64,000 nucleotides of DNA from NCBI GenBank assembly GCA_963677495.2, contig CAXXOU010000003.1, positions 224,001 to 288,000 on the forward strand, written 5' to 3'. Shown one piece after another: positions 45,478-56,672 of this stretch. The DNA comes from Candidatus Cloacimonadales bacterium. GTDB taxonomy: Bacteria > Cloacimonadota > Cloacimonadia > Cloacimonadales > JAFGVF01. The translations under genes and the position numbers were made by a program. A model generated the notes under the pieces. The model made no database searches and was not told where the DNA came from. It saw only the letters and a list, made by a program, of their open reading frames with translations. How positions within the stretch are numbered: position 1 is the stretch's first letter; every line of letters starts with the position of its first letter.

Positions 45478-48400
45478 CTATTTCATTAGCATCATTTTCT
45501 TAGTCTGACTATAGTCACCTGATGTCATTCTATAGAAATAAACACCACTGGCTACACTCTGACCTGATTCGTCATTACCATTCCATACAACAGAATGTCT
45601 GCCTGCGTTAAAGTTAGCTTTAACAACGCGAGACACTCTCTGACCTAAGACATTGTAAACATCAATAGTCACATCAGCGTTCTTCTGAAGGTCGAAGCTG
45701 ATAGAAGTAGTTGGGTTGAATGGGTTAGGATAGTTGCCTCTTAGAACAGTCTTCTCAGGCATGTTTAACTGATTTTCAAGCTCTACTGTTCCGCCAACAT
45801 TATTAATCTTAATATCATCAATCATCAGCATGTAGGTTTGGTTAGAAACACAATGAAATCCAACTCGGATAAATTCATTCATATATCCGTAAATATCATA
45901 GCTATAAGAAGTCCATGAAGTTGGTGCATTAACTGGGTTTCCTCCAGTCAAAGATATAAAGTCATTAGGATCAGCACTTCCATCGGAAATTGCCACATCA
46001 TAAGACTCTGCTCCAAAAACAGTAGTGTAAGACTTTATCATGAACTCTATACTGACAAAATCACTTGAAACCTCAATTTGAGGTGAAATAAGCCAGTCAT
46101 CATTTTGAATCTCATTATTTGTGATACAAGTTGCGTATTTATCTCCACTATAAGCTTCAGCAAACTGAAGTGGAGGAGTAGTACTTGAAGGATTAAAAGT
46201 GATGAAGGACATAGGATCTCCTTCTCCGAGAAAATCGATCCCATTGTCAAAAGTAATAGTGTTACCTCCATCAACGTCAATTGTAGTCCAATATCCTAAA
46301 TCAGAGGAGAAATCTTGATATCCTTCAAAATCTTCCCAAAGGATAGGTGGTGCAATATCCTCAAAAGTCACTGTAACTGAATCTGAAAATTCAGATTCAA
46401 ACAATGGGTCATCATATAATGCGGTGACCTTGTAAACGTAATCTTGTTCTGCATTCAAATTGTCAGAACTATCTAGGTAATAAATATCGGTTATTGGGTT
46501 TTGATTGATTACCTGATCGTCTCGATAAACATTATATCCGGATAAATGACTGAAAGAGTCTATTGGCTCATCCCAAACTAAAGTAATCCCTTGGAAATCA
46601 ATTTCGGTTCCTAAATCATCAGGTGGTAGGAATCCGGGTTCCTCACCATTATTTGTAGTTGAAACAAATAATTGATAATCACCGGTATTCCATCTATGAG
46701 ATTGTCTATTAAACGTAGTGGTTGCAGAATGTCTGCTTGAAAGAGAAGTATTAGTTTCCGGTTGATTGTTTCTATTTGCAATGCGTAAGAAATAATAACC
46801 TGAGTTATCCAAATCAATGTCAATTAATGGGTTTTGATTATCAACCCAACTACTGTCATTATATGCTGTAAAATTTATCAAATCAATAGGATGCTCATGA
46901 GGTGGATAAGGTCCATAAAGATATGCATCTAAGTTAATTGATGAGTCATTTGTGTTTTCAGTGTGGATAGACAAAGAAGTGGGAGCAGATTGCCAAAAAA
47001 CATACCAGTCTATGTCTGTTTCCGGTTCAATGATAGCATCAAGACCTTCTATATCCGGTTGAATCACTAAAGCGTTTGCAGGTATATCGTTTGAATCTAT
47101 CACTGACGAATAACCATGTAACTGAACAGCATGTTGCTCTCTAGACTCGACAAAGTCATCATGGAAAACTACTTCTGAGAATTTATGTCCCTCCGTTACA
47201 GGTTCGAAGTAAACTTCTACAAAAGCATCAGTTCCACTTGGAATAACTAAAGGATAAATGTTGTTATCTGTTAGAGAGAATTGATCAGCATCATCACCAG
47301 TTATTGAAATTGGATTAGTTATTGTGATAGAGTTAGGGTTGAGATTCCTAATTCTTAGATTGTATGGAGCTGATGTAGTATTGTTAGGCACAACATCAAA
47401 GTCATATGCATCATAAACTATCAATCCATATATTGGTTCAGCTAATTCTTCAGGTGTGGTAGCATATGCTAGTGCAACACCATTACAAACGGGTCCACCT
47501 ACACCATCTAAAGAATATTGGTGCCCTATAGTTCCATCTATGTTTTCAATTCCAATGCATGCATCCCCAATCAAAGAGTCATCACCAAACTCATTATTTG
47601 GGTTTTCAAGGTTATTGTATTGAAGCTTGATTCTACCCGATTCATAAAGGATTGCCTGAACATCAATGTATTCATTTGGATCTCCATAACTACACCAAGC
47701 TTGTACACTATAAACGAAGTTTCCAACTTCATCATGACCAAATCGAGCTGTAGAAGGGATTAATCCGGTATGTAAGTCTTGAGCAAACATTGCAATACAG
47801 TCATTGGGAGATGATGTACTTGGTATTGTCATATTAGAAGCTAAAGTACCGGATGGATTAGAGAACATCATTAGTCCATTTGTGTTTAGTGATACTTGAG
47901 AGTAGTCATTACCAAAGAAATTAAAGTCAAAACCAATATCTACAGTAACAAATCCATCATCAAGATCTGAGTATTGAGGTACTTGTCCAGAAGAAGTAAT
48001 ATCAACCCAATGATAAGTTGGCTGGAAACCCAGTCCATTACCACTTGATATGTTATTGGCAAAGTAATATCCTCCATAAAGTGAACCATCTCCCCCATAA
48101 CTGTTATTGCTATTAGTGCTAAATGACCAAACATTGCAATTGTTAGCATCACCAACACTATTATAAGGAACTATTTTCCAGTAATACGTTGATGAAAAGC
48201 TGAGAGGATTTGAAATTTGATACTCTTCCACATATCCAAGATCTAATCCATCAATAAAATTAGATGGTGGATTATCAGTACCCATGTACAATCTATAACC
48301 ATCAGCAGCAATACCACTACTTTCCCATTGTAGTTTTGGTATTTCATGAATCAAACTTGAGCCATTCAATGGATAGATATTAATAGCATGGCCGGGAGTT

Positions 48401-50784
48401 TGTGTAGTAGTTGTAAAAGACCAAGCCGGACAATTCTCTGCGACTCCGGATTCATTGTAGGGCAGAACTTGCCAGAAATGGGTTAATCCTGGTGTTAAAT
48501 TAGTATAATCAAAAACATTGGTATCACCTAAATCCATTTCATCGTAAAGGACTTGATGAGGATTGACCGAAGCCATGTTAAGTAAATATCCTGTTGCACC
48601 GGGAGTTGCATTCCAAACTAATTGCCCTGTTGTAGCAACATCAATAGCATTGTTTGCAGGTGAAATTAGAGTAGGGGCATCAGGAGGTAATACATTATTG
48701 AAGAAAGAAACATCATCAATTGCCATGTCAGAATAATAACTTGAGCCGTTGATACCCCTGAATCGTAATTGAATCATATCTGAATATCCACTAATCGGAA
48801 ATTCTAACTGGAGCCAGTTATCTCCTGAATTACCGGAAAGTGAAGGAGTTACATCTAGATTCCACTGTGTACCATCCCATATATCAAAATGAAGAGTTCC
48901 CATTGTTGCACCATTAAGGCAATAGTATAATGAGCAATATGGATTATCAAGGTTTGTGAGATCAATTTCAGGGGTGATTACATCAAATCTCAAGTTAAAG
49001 TTATATGAGGACTCGGTATACATAAAATAACCATCTCCGGAAGTATGATCAGCTGAAGGTCCAGTGTTTGAAGTATCTGTTTCTTGTCCGAACTGCCAGT
49101 TACGGTCATCTTCGTCTCCATATTGCCAACCAACAGGAATCAATCCGTTGTTTTCAAAATCTTCATTAAATGGGAAAGTATGAATAACACCCCCAAAACC
49201 TTCACCAGTCAAAACTATTGTATGGGTTTGTCTTAAATCATCAGTGATAGTAATTTCCCCATCAATCACACCCTCATCTACTGGATTGAAATGAATACCC
49301 AACTGAATACTTTCGTTTGCGTTTAGTAGTACTGGATATGCATTATCATCAACGAGTGTAAAGTTGTTTGGATCGTTCATAGTGACAGAGTTCACAGAAA
49401 GAACTCCTATCCCAGAGTTAGAAACCGAAATAGTTTCCATTACAGATGAAGTGTTACAGAGCCTGGTTCCAAAGTCAAATGAATCTCTATTTATGTAAAC
49501 TTCGGGAGATGTTGGTATAGTATCAAACTGTAAGCGTGTTTCCGGTATATAGGTTGAACGTATCCCAACCCAAGGGGATGTAGGGTCCGGATTAAACTGA
49601 TCGTTTACATAATGTATACTTCTGTAGCTTGATGTGTCTTCGCAGTAAAACTCTTCTCCATCTTGACTACTAAGTGGGTCATTTTCATCTATTGCAATTA
49701 CTAGGTTATCTGTGTTGTTATATTCGAAAGGAGTCTGAAGTACAAGCTCAATCCAACCATTTTCACTCAAACTTATGTTTCCATTAAAAACCTCTGTTAA
49801 CTGATCGAATGGAACCCAATCATCATTTGTTTCGAATGCTGTTTGAGTAGTATGTCCCATATAAACAACCCAGTTGTTACTATGAATCAAGTTACTAAAG
49901 CCATTATGATGATAATATAATCTTTCAACTCGTTGATTTGGAATGTTTATCTCACTTTGGTAGTATAGAGTCTGGGTGTAACTAAAATCACTTAACGGGT
50001 CAATTGGTAAACTCTGTTCTACAGATGTTCCATTTCCAATCTGAATTGTACTTTGCCCCACCTCGGTATGGAAACTCCATTCGGCACTTATCTCATATAT
50101 ACTATTTGTGTTCTTTGCGACTACTTTCCAAATATATTGACTGTCCAACGCCAAAATCCCGGGGTTAAATGTATTCCCTACTAATGTATCTGCAACTGCA
50201 TCACTAACAATTGGTGTTTCAGGTAAAGAGTCCATACCAAAGTATATATCATATGTTTCTGTGTTGCTACCCCATTGCCATGATAGAATGCAGTTACTAT
50301 GAGTCACTCCAATCACTCCATCATTTGGTATTGGTGAGTTTGGTACACCTGGAGCTACCCCTCCTAATCCTGTTGAGCCAGTTAATTCAAGTAAGTAATC
50401 ACCTTGAGTACCTGAATGAAAACCTTGTATCTTGATGTAATACCAATCTGAGTTTTGGACAGTGTACTCAATGCGTGATTGAGTTGTACCTGCATAGGCA
50501 TCATCATTAAAAGCTAATTCTGTTGAACCTGTACTATCAAATAGATATAAATATGAGTCGAATGTGGTTTGGTTGTTTACACAGTTAATCCACAAATCAT
50601 CTCCGCTTTCTGCCCAGATTTTCCAGTAGTCCATGTCATTTTGTGTTATGCTTCCAGTCATATCACCATTCCCAACTAGTTGCACTCCAGTTGCATCCCA
50701 AGTATTGTTAGGTTCTACTTCATGAATAGAAAAAAGTTGTAACATAAAAAATAAACAAAACAACATTAATGCTAATCTTTTCAT
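45478..50784 (-). CDS. Large modular surface adhesin-like protein B (PPC, FN3-like, ASH, MAM, nidogen-like, cleaved-adhesin, CTD)
   Basis: 'HEVEPNN' PPC start; MAM; 'DDGFVTVDIGFDFNFFG'; cleaved adhesin; CTD 'KKMMLMK'. Confidence 0.85.
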   Translation of the reverse strand: MKRLALMLFCLFFMLQLFSIHEVEPNNTWDATGVQLVGNGDMTGSITQNDMDYWKIWAESGDDLWINCVNNQTTFDSYLYLFDSTGSTELAFNDDAYAGTTQSRIEYTVQNSDWYYIKIQGFHSGTQGDYLLELTGSTGLGGVAPGVPNSPIPNDGVIGVTHSNCILSWQWGSNTETYDIYFGMDSLPETPIVSDAVADTLVGNTFNPGILALDSQYIWKVVAKNTNSIYEISAEWSFHTEVGQSTIQIGNGTSVEQSLPIDPLSDFSYTQTLYYQSEINIPNQRVERLYYHHNGFSNLIHSNNWVVYMGHTTQTAFETNDDWVPFDQLTEVFNGNISLSENGWIELVLQTPFEYNNTDNLVIAIDENDPLSSQDGEEFYCEDTSSYRSIHYVNDQFNPDPTSPWVGIRSTYIPETRLQFDTIPTSPEVYINRDSFDFGTRLCNTSSVMETISVSNSGIGVLSVNSVTMNDPNNFTLVDDNAYPVLLNANESIQLGIHFNPVDEGVIDGEITITDDLRQTHTIVLTGEGFGGVIHTFPFNEDFENNGLIPVGWQYGDEDDRNWQFGQETDTSNTGPSADHTSGDGYFMYTESSYNFNLRFDVITPEIDLTNLDNPYCSLYYCLNGATMGTLHFDIWDGTQWNLDVTPSLSGNSGDNWLQLEFPISGYSDMIQLRFRGINGSSYYSDMAIDDVSFFNNVLPPDAPTLISPANNAIDVATTGQLVWNATPGATGYLLNMASVNPHQVLYDEMDLGDTNVFDYTNLTPGLTHFWQVLPYNESGVAENCPAWSFTTTTQTPGHAINIYPLNGSSLIHEIPKLQWESSGIAADGYRLYMGTDNPPSNFIDGLDLGYVEEYQISNPLSFSSTYYWKIVPYNSVGDANNCNVWSFSTNSNNSYGGDGSLYGGYYFANNISSGNGLGFQPTYHWVDITSSGQVPQYSDLDDGFVTVDIGFDFNFFGNDYSQVSLNTNGLMMFSNPSGTLASNMTIPSTSSPNDCIAMFAQDLHTGLIPSTARFGHDEVGNFVYSVQAWCSYGDPNEYIDVQAILYESGRIKLQYNNLENPNNEFGDDSLIGDACIGIENIDGTIGHQYSLDGVGGPVCNGVALAYATTPEELAEPIYGLIVYDAYDFDVVPNNTTSAPYNLRIRNLNPNSITITNPISITGDDADQFSLTDNNIYPLVIPSGTDAFVEVYFEPVTEGHKFSEVVFHDDFVESREQHAVQLHGYSSVIDSNDIPANALVIQPDIEGLDAIIEPETDIDWYVFWQSAPTSLSIHTENTNDSSINLDAYLYGPYPPHEHPIDLINFTAYNDSSWVDNQNPLIDIDLDNSGYYFLRIANRNNQPETNTSLSSRHSATTTFNRQSHRWNTGDYQLFVSTTNNGEEPGFLPPDDLGTEIDFQGITLVWDEPIDSFSHLSGYNVYRDDQVINQNPITDIYYLDSSDNLNAEQDYVYKVTALYDDPLFESEFSDSVTVTFEDIAPPILWEDFEGYQDFSSDLGYWTTIDVDGGNTITFDNGIDFLGEGDPMSFITFNPSSTTPPLQFAEAYSGDKYATCITNNEIQNDDWLISPQIEVSSDFVSIEFMIKSYTTVFGAESYDVAISDGSADPNDFISLTGGNPVNAPTSWTSYSYDIYGYMNEFIRVGFHCVSNQTYMLMIDDIKINNVGGTVELENQLNMPEKTVLRGNYPNPFNPTTSISFDLQKNADVTIDVYNVLGQRVSRVVKANFNAGRHSVVWNGNDESGQSVASGVYFYRMTSGDYSQTKKMMLMK

Positions 50785-50910
50785 AATTTCCCCACTTAAG
50801 TTATTTTTGCTCCTACATTATATTCTGTGAATTAGCGTATAATGTAGTCTCAATATAAAATGATATTTATCATACAATATTTACTTTTGTCAACTATTTA
50901 TTCTTCAACA

Positions 50911-50940
50911 AAAAGAGCCCCTGCTTTCACAGGGGCTTCT
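50911..50940 (-). terminator. Intrinsic terminator of adhesin C
   Basis: AAAAGAGCCCCTG-ctttca-CAGGGGCTTCT. Confidence 0.85.
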
Positions 50941-50955
50941 ATTATGAGAAATATA

Positions 50956-53900
50956 CTATTTCATTAGCATCATTTTCTTAGTCTGACTATAGTCACCTGA
51001 TGTCATTTTATAGAAATAAACACCACTTGCTACACTCTGACCTGATTCATCATCACCATTCCATACTACTGAATGTCTGCCTGCGTTAAAGTTAGCTTTA
51101 ACAACGCGAGACACTCTTTGACCAAGAAGGTTATATATATCAATTGTGACGTCAGAATTCTTCTGAAGGTCGAAGCTGATAGAAGTAGTTGGGTTGAATG
51201 GGTTAGGATAGTTACCACGAAGAGTTGTGGTTTCAGGGATTATTACCTGATCATTTGCATCAACTGTAGCACCATTATTAACAACCATAATATCATCAAA
51301 CAGAGCAAAGAAAGTCTGTTGTGATACAGTATGTATAGCAACTCTGATAACCTGTCCTGCATAATCATTTAACTGATAAGAATATTGTGTCCACTCACCA
51401 GGTAACTGGATTGGCTCATCACCGGAAATAACAGTGAAGTCATCCGGATCTGCACTTCCTGCTGAGATAGCCACTTCCACGAGTTCTGAGCCAAACTGTG
51501 TTGTGTAAGAACGAGCCATGAACTGCAAGGTAGCTTCTTCATCGCTTAACTGGATTTGAGGAGTCATTAACCAGTCATCATTAGCGTTTGTATCTGCTGC
51601 AAAACAAGCCGCATATTTACTACCGGTATAAGCATCAGCACCTTGAACAGGAGGAGTAGTTGCTAATGGATTGAAAACGATATAAGCCATAGGATTGTTT
51701 TCATTAGGGAAATCTATTCCATTATTGAAACCGTATGTATCTTCACCATCGTTATCAAGATTAACCATCAATCCCATCTCAGTTGAGAAATCATCATAGC
51801 TTTCAAAACCTTCAGCGATAACAGGAGCATCAACATGTACATGTGTTACTTGAATTGAACTACTTGGTTCAGATTCACCTGTAGGAGCACGATAAAGGGC
51901 AGTAATTTTGTATTGGTAAGTTGTACCCACTACAACATCAGTATCGAGGAAGAACTCACCTGAAACAGCTTCTGTGTTAACAACAACATCATCTCTATAT
52001 ACATTGTATCCAACAATGTCACGTGAATCAGCAGTTGGAGCAAGCCAACTAAGTTCAACACCTTGATAAGTGATGTTATGTGTTAATCCGGTTGGAGGTG
52101 TAAGTCCGGCAGGAGGTACAGGATTATCAGTTGAAAGCCATAAAGCATAATCACCTGTAGTCCAACGCATGTTTCTAGCTTCATCAGCTGCAGGAGAATT
52201 ATCTGCTCTTGCAATTCTTACATAATAGAAACCTGAAGCATCAGCAGGGATATCATATGTGATAGCAGGATTAACACCATCAGTATGCTCATTATCACCG
52301 AATGCAACAGATGTAGCTTCATCTATAGTTACGTTTATATCATCGTATGGTCCGTAAACAAACGCAGCTAAATCAATGTTTGAATCATAGATATTCTCAG
52401 TATGCAACTGGATTTGAGCAGGAGCTTCTTGCCAGAAAACATACCAGTCAATATCAGTTTCAGGTTGGATAATAGCTTCCATTCCTTCGATGTTGCCATC
52501 ATATAGAGCAATCTCAGTTGCATCAGAAGAAGCATCATTATCATCAGCTAAGAAACCATAACCGTGAAGAGGTATTTCATATACATTTCTTTCTTCTACA
52601 GTATAATCATCTTCAATTGTAAGTACAGCGTTTTTGTGACCAATAGTAGTTGGGTTGAACTGAACGCTAATTATAGCTTCACTACCTGATGCAATTGTTA
52701 AAGGATATGTATTATTATCTGTTAAAGCGAACTGATCTGCATTATCACCTGAAACAGCAGGTGCAGATGCAAGAACTATATCGTCAGTAGTGAAGTTACG
52801 TAATCTAACTTCTGTATCAACAGAGTTTTCATCTACAGTAACAATATCAAAATCTATTTCTGATGGTAAGTAGAGACCATCACCTGCATCGGAAAGTTCA
52901 GATGTTGTTGTTGCAAATGCAATAGCCATATCATCTTCTAAAGGACCGCCAACACCATCTTTTCTGTATTGAACACCAACTGTACCGGCTGCGTTTTCAA
53001 TACCGATTACAGCATCACCAAGGATTGATGAAGAACCTGTATCTCCACCAGGATTAGTGTAGTTTCTGTATTGAATTTTAATCTTACCGGTTGGATAAAG
53101 AATGAGCTGTGCATCAATATATTCGTCACTATCACCGAAATCATTCCACATCTCCACTGTATAAACAAAGTTACCCATCTCATCAGCACCATAGTAGCAG
53201 TTTGATGGAACGTTAGTGGTATGCAAATCCATTGCAACCATAGCTATAATATTGTTTGGATTGCCATCATTAGGAATACTCATGCTACCACCTGTGATTG
53301 TTGAAGTAGTTCCAAATGTTGCATATCCGTTTGTTCCTAAATGAATCTGATCATAATCTACACCAAAGTAGTTGAATGTGAAGCCTAAATCAACAGTAGC
53401 AAAACCATCATCTTCACTAGAATAAGTAACTGTTTGGCCTGTAGTTGAAATATCAATCCATTCAAAGATAGGTTGAGAACCAAGTCCATTACCATTATCA
53501 GTACTATTAGCAAAGTAATAGCCACCATAGAGGTTACCGTCACCTCCGAAGTTTGGATCAGACATTACTGTGAATGACCAAACAGGACAATCAGTAGCAT
53601 CACCGGCAAAGTTATATGGAACAACCTGCCAGTAATATGTAGCTTCATAAGTTAAAGCAGTAGTTACGGTATATGATGTCACATCACCTAAGTCATCACC
53701 ATTAATAATATCTGTTGGTGGGTTATCAGAACCAAGATAGAGTTTGTACCCTTCAGGATAGTTTCCACCATCTTCCCAAGAGAGTTCAGGTGTATCTAAA
53801 ACTGAGATTGCTCCATCAGTTGGCTCATCAATATTAGCTGGATTTGGCACTTCATTAAATGTAGTAAATGACCAAACAGGACAGTTCTCAGCACTTCCAT

Positions 53901-56541
53901 TTACATTGTAAGGTACAACTTGCCAGTAATAGTCTACTCCATGCTGAAGGTCGCTATATGCTAATTCAAGAGCGTCAACATCTTCCGCATTGTAAACATC
54001 TGTTGGTGGGTTATCTGTTCCGAGTGAAACATAGTAACCTGATGCACCCATTGCAGTATTCCATTCTAACGTACCATCTGAAAGGATGCCGGTTGCTGTA
54101 TCTACAGGTGCTACTAATGTAGTAGGTGCAGGCACAGTTGAATTATCATAGATGGAAATATCGTCGATACAGATGTCACCATAGAAACTATCAGATTCCA
54201 TCGCACGGAAATCAAACGATACGTTCTGACCAGCAAAATCTGCTAAAGCAACTTCCACATAAGCCCATCCTGTTGCACCATCTGCATCAGTTATAACTAC
54301 CACATCTGTTGTAGTTTCTGTACCAATCAGTGCATCAATATGCAGTTCTGATGTATTATCATTATCACCAATCCAGTAGTTAAACGTAAGAACGGGATTA
54401 GTTAAATCAGTAAGATTGAATACAGGTGTGTAAAGATGTGAAGGAATAGTATCAGGACTTGAGTCATCAACACCCATGTAGTAACCACCATTTCCGGTTG
54501 CTTCGTTATCTGCTCCATGATCATCAAGCTGAGTCTGGTAAAGTTCCCAACTGTCACCACTAACAACCGGATCCACAACCCAACCCATTGGTAAAGCGTC
54601 AGTATCGAAGCTCTGTGTATATGGGAATGAACTGATAGTAGCATTGAAGCCTTCACCTGTAAGGGTGATTTGATGTGTTTGTCTTAAATCATCAGTGACT
54701 GTAATAACACCGGAAATAGCACCTTCTGTTGTTGGGTTGAAAACAACTTCAAGTGACATGTTTTCTGCACTACCAAGAGTGTTAGGATAAGTGTTTGCAT
54801 CGTTTAAAGTAAAATTCACATCATCATCTACAACAACAGATTGGATATTCATAGCACTTCCACCTGTATTCATAAGAGAAATGTTAACAGGTGCTGTTGC
54901 AGTATCCATGAATACTGTTCCAAACTCTATAGATTCAGGATTAATAGTTAACTCAGCTTGAGCTGCAATATCACCGAATGTTAATCTTGTATTTGGCACG
55001 TATGCCTTCAATGTACCTGTTGGAGGTGCATTCGGATCGGGATTGTTTGAATCGTTTCTTGCGACAATACTTCTGTCTCCGGTTACATCAGTTGCATAGA
55101 AATCATCTGAACCTGAAGCATACTCAGGTTGGTTCTCTTCGACAGCAACAACCAAGTTATCAGTGTTATTGTAAACAAACGGAGTAGTAAGCGTGAACTC
55201 TACCCAACCATCAGTTCCGATAGTTGGTAAGGGACCGTTATATACTTCTGTAAATTGATCAATTGGTAACCAAGAAGTAGTTGAACTATATTCTGTCTCA
55301 GAAGTATGAGCCATATAGATAACCCATTCATTATTGTTAACCATTGCTGAGTGTTGATTATAAAGATATGAAATCTTCTCGACTCTACGTCCTGTTACAT
55401 CAATCTCAGATTGAAGATAGATTGTTTGTGAATATGTATAACCAAAGAAAGGATCAATAGGAAGACCTTGATTGAGATAACGGTCGTTACCTATAGCAAC
55501 GCCATCCGCTCCTAAGAAAGTATCAAAGTACATCTCATCTTCTGTATGTCTGATTGATTGTGAATTCTTAGATACAACCTTCCAGTAATATGTCACTCCT
55601 TCAACCATAGAAGTTGGAGTGTAAGAACCTTGTCCTGACACAACACCATCAGTAATAACTTGAGTAACCGGTGGAGTTACAGTATCAAAGAAAAGGTCAT
55701 AGGTTTCAGCATTATCAGCAAAATCCCAAGTTAGTACCTGATCTAAAGCAACGTTATATGCTGCATCTTCAGGAGTTGGGTTCGTAATATGCCCTGTTGA
55801 AAGGTCTTCAGTTGTAAAGCTTAAACTTGACTCAGAACTGTTGGGACTTGTTGAGTTATGGCAAACAACTTTCCAATAATATGTTGTAAACTCAATCAGA
55901 GCAGTATCAGGGGTATAAGAACCGGAAACATCAGCTACACCATCTGTAACAACTTGGTTAACCGGAGGGTTTACTGTATCAAAATAAAGGTCATAAGTCT
56001 CAGTGTTTGCTCCGAAATCCCATGTAAGTGTTGGATTTATGGATACGTCAGATGAACCTGAAGCAGGTACAGCATTTGTAATCATAGTAGGTGCTGATTC
56101 ATCATTAATGCTACCTGTCTGATCAGCAGATACATTCAAAGTATAGGTTGAACCTGTTGTTCCGGTTCCATACTCATCTACACAGATGTAGATAGTAGAG
56201 CCTGCAGCTAAATCCATTATTACCTGAGAATCTCCACCACCGGCAGGACCATCATCGTCAAACTGCAATACGTTAAGATCTGTGTCATAAATGTAAAGAT
56301 AGCCATCCCAACCGTCATATACAGGATGTATATCTAAATTTGTTAAACTAATTGTGGTTGTTAATACCCACCATTCATCTTCTCCTCTCAAGCCATTACC
56401 ATCTGTGTCATCAGATACATCACCTGTATCTGTGAATGGTAAGGTTGCTATTTGAGGAGCTCCGTCCTGGGTATCTGCACCATCTGCAAAAAGACTCATA
56501 GTACATAGTAATACTATAAGAACTAATACCATTTTTCTCAT
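50956..56541 (-). CDS. Large modular surface adhesin-like protein C
   Basis: N-terminus paralogous to A ('HPVYDGWDGYLYIYD'), variant MAM-like domain, nidogen-like domain and CTD shared with B. Confidence 0.85.
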   Translation of the reverse strand: MRKMVLVLIVLLCTMSLFADGADTQDGAPQIATLPFTDTGDVSDDTDGNGLRGEDEWWVLTTTISLTNLDIHPVYDGWDGYLYIYDTDLNVLQFDDDGPAGGGDSQVIMDLAAGSTIYICVDEYGTGTTGSTYTLNVSADQTGSINDESAPTMITNAVPASGSSDVSINPTLTWDFGANTETYDLYFDTVNPPVNQVVTDGVADVSGSYTPDTALIEFTTYYWKVVCHNSTSPNSSESSLSFTTEDLSTGHITNPTPEDAAYNVALDQVLTWDFADNAETYDLFFDTVTPPVTQVITDGVVSGQGSYTPTSMVEGVTYYWKVVSKNSQSIRHTEDEMYFDTFLGADGVAIGNDRYLNQGLPIDPFFGYTYSQTIYLQSEIDVTGRRVEKISYLYNQHSAMVNNNEWVIYMAHTSETEYSSTTSWLPIDQFTEVYNGPLPTIGTDGWVEFTLTTPFVYNNTDNLVVAVEENQPEYASGSDDFYATDVTGDRSIVARNDSNNPDPNAPPTGTLKAYVPNTRLTFGDIAAQAELTINPESIEFGTVFMDTATAPVNISLMNTGGSAMNIQSVVVDDDVNFTLNDANTYPNTLGSAENMSLEVVFNPTTEGAISGVITVTDDLRQTHQITLTGEGFNATISSFPYTQSFDTDALPMGWVVDPVVSGDSWELYQTQLDDHGADNEATGNGGYYMGVDDSSPDTIPSHLYTPVFNLTDLTNPVLTFNYWIGDNDNTSELHIDALIGTETTTDVVVITDADGATGWAYVEVALADFAGQNVSFDFRAMESDSFYGDICIDDISIYDNSTVPAPTTLVAPVDTATGILSDGTLEWNTAMGASGYYVSLGTDNPPTDVYNAEDVDALELAYSDLQHGVDYYWQVVPYNVNGSAENCPVWSFTTFNEVPNPANIDEPTDGAISVLDTPELSWEDGGNYPEGYKLYLGSDNPPTDIINGDDLGDVTSYTVTTALTYEATYYWQVVPYNFAGDATDCPVWSFTVMSDPNFGGDGNLYGGYYFANSTDNGNGLGSQPIFEWIDISTTGQTVTYSSEDDGFATVDLGFTFNYFGVDYDQIHLGTNGYATFGTTSTITGGSMSIPNDGNPNNIIAMVAMDLHTTNVPSNCYYGADEMGNFVYTVEMWNDFGDSDEYIDAQLILYPTGKIKIQYRNYTNPGGDTGSSSILGDAVIGIENAAGTVGVQYRKDGVGGPLEDDMAIAFATTTSELSDAGDGLYLPSEIDFDIVTVDENSVDTEVRLRNFTTDDIVLASAPAVSGDNADQFALTDNNTYPLTIASGSEAIISVQFNPTTIGHKNAVLTIEDDYTVEERNVYEIPLHGYGFLADDNDASSDATEIALYDGNIEGMEAIIQPETDIDWYVFWQEAPAQIQLHTENIYDSNIDLAAFVYGPYDDINVTIDEATSVAFGDNEHTDGVNPAITYDIPADASGFYYVRIARADNSPAADEARNMRWTTGDYALWLSTDNPVPPAGLTPPTGLTHNITYQGVELSWLAPTADSRDIVGYNVYRDDVVVNTEAVSGEFFLDTDVVVGTTYQYKITALYRAPTGESEPSSSIQVTHVHVDAPVIAEGFESYDDFSTEMGLMVNLDNDGEDTYGFNNGIDFPNENNPMAYIVFNPLATTPPVQGADAYTGSKYAACFAADTNANDDWLMTPQIQLSDEEATLQFMARSYTTQFGSELVEVAISAGSADPDDFTVISGDEPIQLPGEWTQYSYQLNDYAGQVIRVAIHTVSQQTFFALFDDIMVVNNGATVDANDQVIIPETTTLRGNYPNPFNPTTSISFDLQKNSDVTIDIYNLLGQRVSRVVKANFNAGRHSVVWNGDDESGQSVASGVYFYKMTSGDYSQTKKMMLMK

Positions 56542-56571
56542 AATGATCTCCTTATTATTCTAAACTAACCA

Positions 56572-56588
56572 TTTTTTTTTGGGGGGGG
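56572..56588 (-). promoter_or_regulatory. C8-A9 homopolymer tract in leader of adhesin C
   Basis: + strand T9 (56572-80) then G8 (56581-88), 31-47 nt upstream of ATG. Confidence 0.45.
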
Positions 56589-56642
56589 ATAGAGGAATTG
56601 TATATGCGTAATAATCCTATAACTACCATATAGATATTTTTT

Positions 56643-56672
56643 AAGAGGATAACACTTCGGCGTTATCCTCTT
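56643..56672. other. Strong hairpin with C-TTCG-G loop in adhesin C upstream region
   Basis: AAGAGGATAAC-acttcggc-GTTATCCTCTT. Confidence 0.6.

Noticed and set aside
45434..51216. B/C 3' near-identity as a diversity-generating retroelement TR/VR pair
   Set aside because: Differences are mostly synonymous and not adenine-specific; no reverse transcriptase in the window
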